From a virus (taxonomy: Duplodnaviria > Heunggongvirae > Uroviricota > Caudoviricetes), in the IMG/VR virus record IMGVR_UViG_2663763227_000006: a stretch of 4,109 bases of DNA, one strand, 5' to 3'. Within the stretch, counting starts at the first letter, position 1, and the number at the start of each line of letters is the position of its first letter. Of the stretch, positions 1 through 4,109 are shown one piece after another. A program made the translations under genes and the position numbers. The notes below the pieces were generated by a model. That model saw only the letters and a program-made list of their open reading frames with translations. It had not been told where the DNA came from and did no database searches.

Positions 1-141
1 TTCATTGGAGCACCTGTGTTGTTCTGAGGTGAGCATATCACCTCTGTTCAGGTGGCCAAATTCAGTGTGCCACTTCAGTTGTAATCTGATTTTGCTACAA
101 TATTCATGTTAGTTTCCTTGCATACGGTTACTGACATAGAG

Positions 142-185
142 GCCCGGTTTGTGTTCGCGCACTGCCGGGCTTCACTATTTTTATT
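142..185 (+). terminator. Rho-independent terminator-like hairpin on the + strand: GC stem GCCCGG (142-147) / CCGGGC (165-170) with an inner GTG/CAC pairing, followed by TTCACTATTTTTATT. It overlaps the stop codon of the Arc-like gene on the opposite strand.
   Basis: Read directly from the sequence. The U-rich tract follows the stem only on the + strand; on the - strand the stem is followed by TCTATGTCAG, so it is a poor terminator for the Arc-like transcript. Confidence 0.4.
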
Positions 186-354
186 GGGCATTATCTCTTT
201 CCTCTCTCAGGCTTTTAGCCAGTCGCTGCACAATCGCAGAGTTGATAGAAATTCCATCCATTTCAGCAACACGTCTAATCTCCTCCTTCATTCGCGCTGG
301 CAAACGAAGCTGGAAACTTTGACTTTTACGACCTGTGTAAAGCACATCTTTCAT
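181..354 (-). CDS. Arc-like ribbon-helix-helix transcriptional repressor, 57 aa (MKDVLYTGRKSQSFQLRLPARMKEEIRRVAEMDGISINSAIVQRLAKSLREERDNAQ)
   Basis: Start taken as the ATG at complement 352-354, preceded by GGGAGGA (complement 360-366) with a 6-7 nt spacer; the ORF track's longer 62-aa version begins at an in-frame GTG with no SD. The motif F-x-L-R-L-P ... V-A-E-x-x-G-x-S-x-N-S-x-I-x-Q-R resembles P22 Arc (FNLRWP ... VAEENGRSVNSEIYQRV), recalled from memory. Size matches Arc (53 aa). Confidence 0.7.
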   Translation of the reverse strand: MKDVLYTGRKSQSFQLRLPARMKEEIRRVAEMDGISINSAIVQRLAKSLREERDNAQ

Positions 355-375
355 AAGTAATCCTCCCACAATGAT

Positions 376-400
376 ACCAACTTGGTTCTAGAACCAATTT
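376..400. promoter_or_regulatory. Candidate operator: perfect 16-bp palindrome TTGGTTCTAGAACCAA (382-397) overlapping a second palindrome ACCAAcTTGGT (376-386). The half-site TTGGT/ACCAA occurs four times in the intergenic region (376-380, 382-386, 393-397, 425-429).
   Basis: Palindrome verified base by base. It lies between two divergent RHH repressor genes and overlaps the -10/TSS region of the predicted leftward promoter. RHH repressors bind tandem symmetric sites as dimers of dimers (established for Arc and Mnt). Confidence 0.55.
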
Positions 401-423
401 AACACCATTTATTTTGATGTCAA
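396..423 (-). promoter_or_regulatory. Predicted sigma70 promoter for the Arc-like gene: -35 TTGACA (complement 418-423), 16-nt spacer ending in TGT (extended -10 TG), -10 TAAATT (complement 396-401); predicted TSS near 388-390, inside the palindrome.
   Basis: Consensus -35 hexamer and extended -10 read on the minus strand at correct spacing, about 35 nt upstream of the Arc-like RBS. Confidence 0.4.
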
Positions 424-437
424 GTTGGTGCTATTGT
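409..437 (+). promoter_or_regulatory. Possible rightward promoter for the Mnt-like gene: extended -10 TGcTATTGT (429-437) with a weak AT-rich -35 region (about 409-414). It sits back to back with the leftward promoter.
   Basis: Extended -10 motif read on the + strand about 29 nt upstream of ATG 466. The -35 is poor, so this is a weak call. Confidence 0.25.
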
Positions 438-465
438 TTAGCGAACATCTTTACGTTGAGGTCAT

Positions 466-786
466 ATGAGCAAGTTCCCTAGTCATGAAATGGATAGGTT
501 CAATATCAGGCTTCCTGCAGGAATGCGGGATGCTATAGCTGAACGAGCAAAACGTAACGGCAGATCAATGAACTCAGAGATTGTTCAGATACTGGAAGAT
601 GCCTTGAATGCAGAAAATACACTCGGGGAAATAGCAGATAAAATCAACAGCGTCTCGGTTCCGCTAAATGTTGATGCGCTAGTTCAACTTCAAGCCCAGG
701 TTATCGCCATGCAAAAAGAAATACAGGAAAAGTTCAGAGAGCAGAACGAAAAGTTGAGAGAACTGCTAAACAAAAAACCCACCTGA
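466..786 (+). CDS. Mnt-like ribbon-helix-helix repressor with a C-terminal coiled-coil extension, 106 aa
   Basis: ATG 466 preceded by GAGG (458-461). N-terminal DRFNIRLP ... AKRNGRSMNSEIVQILEDAL closely parallels P22 Mnt (HFNFRMP ... ANGRSMNSELLQIVQDAL), recalled from memory. The C-terminal 50 aa are heptad-like (LVQLQAQVIAMQKEIQEKFREQNEKLRELL), consistent with the Mnt tetramerisation helix. AGG, AGA and ATA codons suggest foreign origin. Confidence 0.8.
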   Translation: MSKFPSHEMDRFNIRLPAGMRDAIAERAKRNGRSMNSEIVQILEDALNAENTLGEIADKINSVSVPLNVDALVQLQAQVIAMQKEIQEKFREQNEKLRELLNKKPT

Positions 787-812
787 AGGTGGGTTAATTT
801 TTGCCTTTTTTG
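776..812. terminator. Intrinsic terminator, probably bidirectional: stem AACCCACC (776-783) / GGTGGGTT (788-795), loop TGAA, then AATTTTTGCCTTTTTT. The Mnt-like stop codon TGA (784-786) is the loop.
   Basis: 8-bp GC-containing stem with a 4-nt loop and a T-run downstream; an A-run upstream gives a U-tract on the other strand as well. Confidence 0.6.
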
Positions 813-819
813 GACCATA

Positions 820-848
820 TTGACTACTCATAAAATGAGATCAATATT
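820..848 (+). promoter_or_regulatory. Putative sigma70 promoter for the YjzC-like gene: -35 TTGACT (820-825), 17-nt spacer, -10 AATATT (843-848)
   Basis: Hexamers read from the sequence at canonical spacing, about 35 nt upstream of ATG 885. Confidence 0.3.
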
Positions 849-884
849 TAATCGCCCAATAACGGGTGCATGTTGAGGTATATC

Positions 885-1064
885 ATGGCGAAAAAACCAG
901 GTGAAAACACAGGAAAAAACGGCGGAATATACCAAGAAGTTGGCCCGCGCGGAGGTAAGAAAGACAATTTTGCCACCGTCAAGGACAACGAAAGGCTTCC
1001 GCCAACAACAAAGCCAGGTCATGGCTGGGTATTAGATAAGCGAACTCCAGACAGCAAAAAGTAA
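885..1064 (+). CDS. YjzC-like small protein, 59 aa (MAKKPGENTGKNGGIYQEVGPRGGKKDNFATVKDNERLPPTTKPGHGWVLDKRTPDSKK); function unknown
   Basis: Start at ATG 885 with GAGG (875-878) and a 6-nt spacer, preferred over the track's upstream ATG 870. The pattern KPGE...NGxIYxEVG...PxT...W and the 59-aa length match my memory of the Bacillus YjzC family. It has its own promoter-like signal and a terminator directly after the stop. Confidence 0.6.
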   Translation: MAKKPGENTGKNGGIYQEVGPRGGKKDNFATVKDNERLPPTTKPGHGWVLDKRTPDSKK

Positions 1065-1069
1065 TAATC

Positions 1070-1092
1070 AAGCCGGGTCACTCCGGCTTTTT
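1070..1092. terminator. Bidirectional intrinsic terminator between convergent genes: stem AAGCCGG (1070-1076) / CCGGCTT (1083-1089), loop GTCACT, then TTTTT. The stop codon of the minus-strand HExxH gene (complement 1078-1080) is in the loop.
   Basis: Hairpin and flanking U-rich tracts on both strands read from the sequence; located exactly between the 3' ends of 885..1064 (+) and 1078..1443 (-). Confidence 0.6.
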
Positions 1093-1443
1093 GATATGTC
1101 GCTCGCAGAACTCAACAAGCCTGCTCATTAAGTAGCAGTAAGTCTCGTTGGCTCTTCCTGGTTCAACATCAACGCCGACCCTTGAGCAGATATCGAATGC
1201 CATGTGAGCGCACTCATGGGCAATAGTAGATAGTTTGCCATTGAACACACCTATCACATGCAAAACACCATTCTCGCTGCTCATTGTATGAGACGCTCCG
1301 TTGGCATCCGAGTCCTGCACGTCCACGCCAAGTTTTTGATGCAGGCGTTGCCATTCTGGAAAGTCTCTGCAAAACACAATTGTACCGCTCTCAAAGAGCG
1401 GAACGAGCATTTTTGGTACGTTTCCAATGTTAACTTTTTTCAT
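1078..1443 (-). CDS. Hypothetical small protein with an HExxH zinc-binding motif (IAHECAHMAFD, with a downstream Glu in GRANETY), 121 aa; putative minimal gluzincin/ImmA-like metallopeptidase
   Basis: Intact 121-codon ORF with a weak SD (AGGA, 4-nt spacer) before ATG 1443. The HExxH plus downstream Glu arrangement is the gluzincin signature. The overlapping + strand reading (1258..1473) has no RBS and a junk-like composition. Family not recognised beyond the motif. Confidence 0.55.
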   Translation of the reverse strand: MKKVNIGNVPKMLVPLFESGTIVFCRDFPEWQRLHQKLGVDVQDSDANGASHTMSSENGVLHVIGVFNGKLSTIAHECAHMAFDICSRVGVDVEPGRANETYCYLMSRLVEFCERHIKKPE

Positions 1444-1473
1444 GGTATCCTGCTCAAAACTAAGGAGGTTGGT

Positions 1474-1701
1474 GTGAAGCGATGGTTCCTCATAATTACT
1501 GCTTTCGCGATCATTTACACTATTTTCCCTGCATTAAAAGCACCAATGCAAATAATTTCACTAGCAATAATTGCGATTAGTGCTTTCATTGTAGTGGCTG
1601 TACTTGTGTTTAAGATTTTAAATTTTTTAGTTTGGCTATCAAAAGATGATGGATGCAAAGTTTATCAAGAAAAAGAAGGCAAAATAACCAAAGGTGACTA
1701 A
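1474..1701 (+). CDS. Small membrane protein with two predicted transmembrane helices, 75 aa (VKRWFLIITAFAIIYTIFPALKAPMQIISLAIIAISAFIVVAVLVFKILNFLVWLSKDDGCKVYQEKEGKITKGD); GTG start
   Basis: Consensus SD AGGAGG (1463-1468) five nt before GTG 1474. Two hydrophobic stretches (WFLIITAFAIIYTIF and IISLAIIAISAFIVVAVLVF) followed by a charged tail. The long track ORF from ATG 1258 is rejected because its first half is antisense to the HExxH gene. Confidence 0.5.
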   Translation: MKRWFLIITAFAIIYTIFPALKAPMQIISLAIIAISAFIVVAVLVFKILNFLVWLSKDDGCKVYQEKEGKITKGD

Positions 1702-3388
1702 CTGTCACTAGCGAGCCATGTAATAATCCCCGTGCGGGCAATGGTTTTTGCTTCATCTGTTGATAAGGTTTTCTCCCATCTCTTAAATGCCCCAGATTGC
1801 ATCAGTTTCCTTTCTATTACGCGTCTCACTTCTGCTCTGTCTACTGGTGCGTTTTGCAGGCGAAATAGCATTAATTTAAACTCAGGAGAAGACAGTAGAG
1901 CATCAGCAGCCTTTATCCTGCTTGTTTTCCCTGACATCAATGCGGACGTTATCACCCCTGTTGCACCTACACCAGGAAGACCAGATAAGCTTGTAATACC
2001 TTCCGCCGCAGCAGCTTTTGAGGCTATTCCATAAATTTTTGCGAGACTACCCTTTTCTTTCAGAAAGTTATTAACTTGCTGATCCACAAGACTACTAGCA
2101 TGCTGCTTACCAGTATTGAGTCTATTCATAGCCTTAGCTGCTTGATAAATCGTATCAAGGCGCTTTGATGCATCTGTGCCAATAGCATCACGGAGAGCCT
2201 TCATATTGGCCCCATTGCGTGACATTCCGTTATACCATTTTACAAATCCATCAACTCCTAATTGCTGACCAGGTGATTTGGCATAGCTGGTAAATGCTTT
2301 ATTCATTGAGGTGAGCGCAACTTCCTGCCGCATATCCTTTGGAATTGACTTCATTAATTGCCTAAAGTCACCACCGTTTCCTTTTGCCATATTAACAACG
2401 GCACTTTCAACTTTTGGAATTGCTGATTGCTGAAGTTTTCTACCCAAGACGGTTACAGCATCATCTTCAATGGATTTTCGTTTTTTTACCAACTCCTTAC
2501 CAAGCGTCCATAATTCCCCTGCGCCATATTTTTCTGCAACAGCCTGTTGGTCATCTGTTATGGCTGCATATAACTTTTTAAGAACACCTGTTTCTTCATC
2601 CTTGAATGGGCCAGAGCCTTTGCCAATAGCTTGTCCAACCTGCTTTCTAGCGAGATCTAAACGCCCATACGTTGGCAAGGTGTTTGGATCAAGTCGGTTC
2701 AATGTCCGCTTCATTATTGGAGATAATTCATCAATTCCACCTATGTCATCAGCAAAATCCTCTAAAAAATTCAATGTATTAGTTGCCTCAATCCGGTCTC
2801 TTACAGGTACCTTTTCGGCAATTTTGTTGTAGATGTTATCTGACTGATTTTGTAATGATGAAATGGTTTTATCAAAATTATCTGCAAGCCTGTCAGAAAC
2901 CAGTTGCTTATCAAGGTTTCCCCCAAATGAAGTTATCATTTCATCAGCTTTTCTTCCTAATTCAGTAATAAAACGCTTATGCGCCTCACTAATCTCTGTT
3001 CCAGGGAGACTTGCCACTGCATTATCAAGAGCCCTGACAGCAGGATTATTAGAGATCATGCCTGGAGTGGCATAATTTTCCAGTTCTAGCTCACGAATAG
3101 CATTTATCGCGTTAAAATCAGGATTAACTTCATCGGCGAAATCTTGAATAGCTCGTTGCCCACCAATAAATTTATTATCCATTGCGCCAGCAGCTTTCTT
3201 TAACGTTGCTTTAGATGATTTACTACCCATCCCTACGGATGAGCGATAAATATCTCCGGCACTATTTTTAATTTTTCCTGCAATCTTCCCAAGCGCTGGA
3301 CCAACAATCTCGGCTACAGGGCCAGCCACAGCGCCAATAGCAGCGCCGGAAGCAACATCGCTATTTGTTCCATTGGCTACAATAGCCC
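1698..3388 (-). CDS. Large hypothetical protein, at least 563 codons, 5' end interrupted by the IS629-like insertion. Gly/Ala-rich N-terminal part of the fragment, then a long mostly helical K/E/Q/A-rich body. Tentatively a phage virion protein (ejection-protein-like or tape-measure-like).
   Basis: The reading frame stays open upstream of the track's GTG at 3329 and runs without any ATG/GTG/TTG or SD through 3388 into the IS terminal repeat, stopping at 3414-3416. So the true start lies beyond the IS. Function is inferred only from composition and from position relative to the immI-like module (P22 order: gene 16, sieA, mnt, arc, ant). No sequence identity to a named protein is claimed. Confidence 0.75.
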
Positions 3389-3442
3389 TGAACCGCCCCG
3401 GGAATCCTGGAGACTAAACTTCCTGAGAAAGAGGTAAACAGG

Positions 3443-3769
3443 ATGACTAAAAATACTCGTTTTTCCCCCGAAGTCCGTCAACGGGCAGTCCGTATGGTTC
3501 TGGAAAGTCAGAGCGAATATGACTCACAATGGGCGACAATTTGTTCCATTGCTCCAAAGATTGGCTGTACGCCGGAGACTCTGCGTGTCTGGGTTCGCCA
3601 GCATGAGCGGGATACCGGGGGCGGTGATGGAGGGCTCACCACCGCTGAACGTCAGCGTCTGAAAGAGCTGGAACGTGAAAATCGTGAACTGCGCCGCAGT
3701 AACGATATCCTTCGCCAGGCTTCCGCTTATTTTGCGAAGGCGGAGTTCGACCGCCTCTGGAAAAAATGA
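3443..3769 (+). CDS. IS629-family transposase OrfA (helix-turn-helix and leucine-zipper part), 108 aa
   Basis: The protein [23 protein letters not shown]...[22 protein letters not shown] is recognisable as IS629 OrfA. An RBS GAGG lies upstream of ATG 3443. Confidence 0.95.
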   Translation: MTKNTRFSPEVRQRAVRMVLESQSEYDSQWATICSIAPKIGCTPETLRVWVRQHERDTGGGDGGLTTAERQRLKELERENRELRRSNDILRQASAYFAKAEFDRLWKK

Positions 3770-4109
3770 TGCCACTGCTGGATAAGCTGCGTGAGCAGTA
3801 CGGGGTCGGACCGCTATGCAGCGAACTGCATATTGCCCCGTCAACGTATTACCACTGTCAGCAACAGCGACATCATCCGGATAAACGCAGTGCCCGTGCG
3901 CAGCGCGATGACTGGCTGAAGAAAGAGATACAGCGCGTATACGATGAAAATCACAAGGTATACGGTGTGCGTAAAGTCTGGCGTCAGTTGTTACGGGAAG
4001 GTATCAGAGTGGCCAGATGCACTGTGGCACGTCTCATGGCGGTTATGGGACTTGCCGGTGTTCTCCGGGGTAAAAAGGTCCGCACTACCGTCAGCCGGAA
4101 AGCCGTTGC
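3766..4109 (+). CDS. IS629-family transposase OrfB (DDE catalytic part), N-terminal 114 codons only; 3' end outside the window. Expressed in this family as an OrfAB fusion by -1 frameshifting.
   Basis: Frame -1 relative to orfA, starting ATGATG at 3766 and reading [75 protein letters not shown]..., as remembered for IS629 OrfB. The A6 run at 3761-3766 lies in the orfA/orfB overlap. Not in the ORF track because it runs off the end. Confidence 0.9.
   Translation, partial: MMPLLDKLREQYGVGPLCSELHIAPSTYYHCQQQRHHPDKRSARAQRDDWLKKEIQRVYDENHKVYGVRKVWRQLLREGIRVARCTVARLMAVMGLAGVLRGKKVRTTVSRKAV

Larger units (their letters stand above)
3389..4109 (+). mobile_element. IS629-like insertion sequence (IS3 family), left end and about 720 bp; continues past the window end
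   Basis: The terminal repeat begins TGAACCGCCCCGGGAATCCTGGAGACT at 3389. The OrfA and OrfB N-terminal protein sequences match IS629/IS1203/IS3411 isoforms from memory, with minor substitutions. Confidence 0.9.

Noticed and set aside
75-107. 10-codon minus-strand mini-ORF (MNIVAKSDYN) with an AAGGAA SD
   Set aside because: Too short to call as a gene on sequence alone; kept only as context for the antisense-RNA finding.
106-360. 84-aa + strand ORF from the six-frame track
   Set aside because: Entirely antisense to the Arc-like gene, which has better support; it contains the + strand terminator hairpin, has no SD, and is rich in Cys/His/Phe.
181-369. Longer 62-aa version of the Arc-like ORF starting at the GTG at complement 367-369
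   Set aside because: That GTG has no upstream SD, whereas the in-frame ATG at complement 352-354 is preceded by GGGAGGA; the shorter 57-aa product is also closer to the Arc family size.
828-1022. 64-aa minus-strand ORF
   Set aside because: Antisense to the YjzC-like gene, which has an SD, a promoter-like element and a terminator; it would run through the upstream terminator.
1385-1420. Inverted repeat CCGCTC / GAGCGG followed 8 nt later by TTTTT, inside the HExxH coding region
   Set aside because: The T-run is not adjacent to the stem and the element lies within a CDS; probably coincidental.
1258-1473. N-terminal half of the 147-aa + strand ORF (ATG 1258)
   Set aside because: Antisense to the HExxH ORF and lacks an SD; only the part from GTG 1474, which has a consensus AGGAGG, is kept as the membrane-protein CDS.
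1732-3075. Four + strand ORFs (1732..2034, 2470..2832, 2783..2968, 2863..3075) inside the large gene
   Set aside because: All are antisense to a 560+ codon continuous frame, overlap each other in different frames, and have Ser/Pro/Cys-rich shadow-ORF composition.
3524-3844. 106-aa minus-strand ORF inside the IS
   Set aside because: Antisense to the recognisable IS629 orfA/orfB; a shadow ORF of a GC-rich coding region.
1-4109. Search for CRISPR repeats, tRNA/rRNA genes and integrase attachment sites
   Set aside because: No regularly spaced direct repeats, no tRNA-like cloverleaf sequences and no rRNA-like conserved blocks were seen; nothing to report.

Overview
This 4.1 kb window looks like the accessory end of a P22-like (podovirus-type) prophage region in an enterobacterial genome, cut on the right by an IS629-type insertion sequence. 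All calls are from reading the sequence and from remembered protein families; no database search was run. From left to right: (i) an immI-like switch with two divergently transcribed ribbon-helix-helix repressors, Arc-like (complement 181..354) and Mnt-like (466..786), separated by overlapping palindromes and back-to-back promoters; (ii) a 59-aa YjzC-like small protein (885..1064) bracketed by two hairpin terminators whose loops contain stop codons; (iii) a small HExxH-motif protein (complement 1078..1443) divergent from a strongly SD-led 75-aa two-helix membrane protein (1474..1701); (iv) a large AT-rich, largely helical, Gly/Ala-rich protein gene (complement 1698..3388) whose 5' part is cut off by the IS; (v) the left end of an IS629-like IS3-family element (3389 to window end) with OrfA and the start of OrfB. 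The most interesting candidate is the HExxH plus membrane-protein pair, which sits where P22 carries sieA and may be an undescribed superinfection-exclusion or anti-repressor module. A possible sar-like antisense RNA downstream of the Arc-like gene is the second item worth testing. No tRNA, rRNA or CRISPR array was seen.
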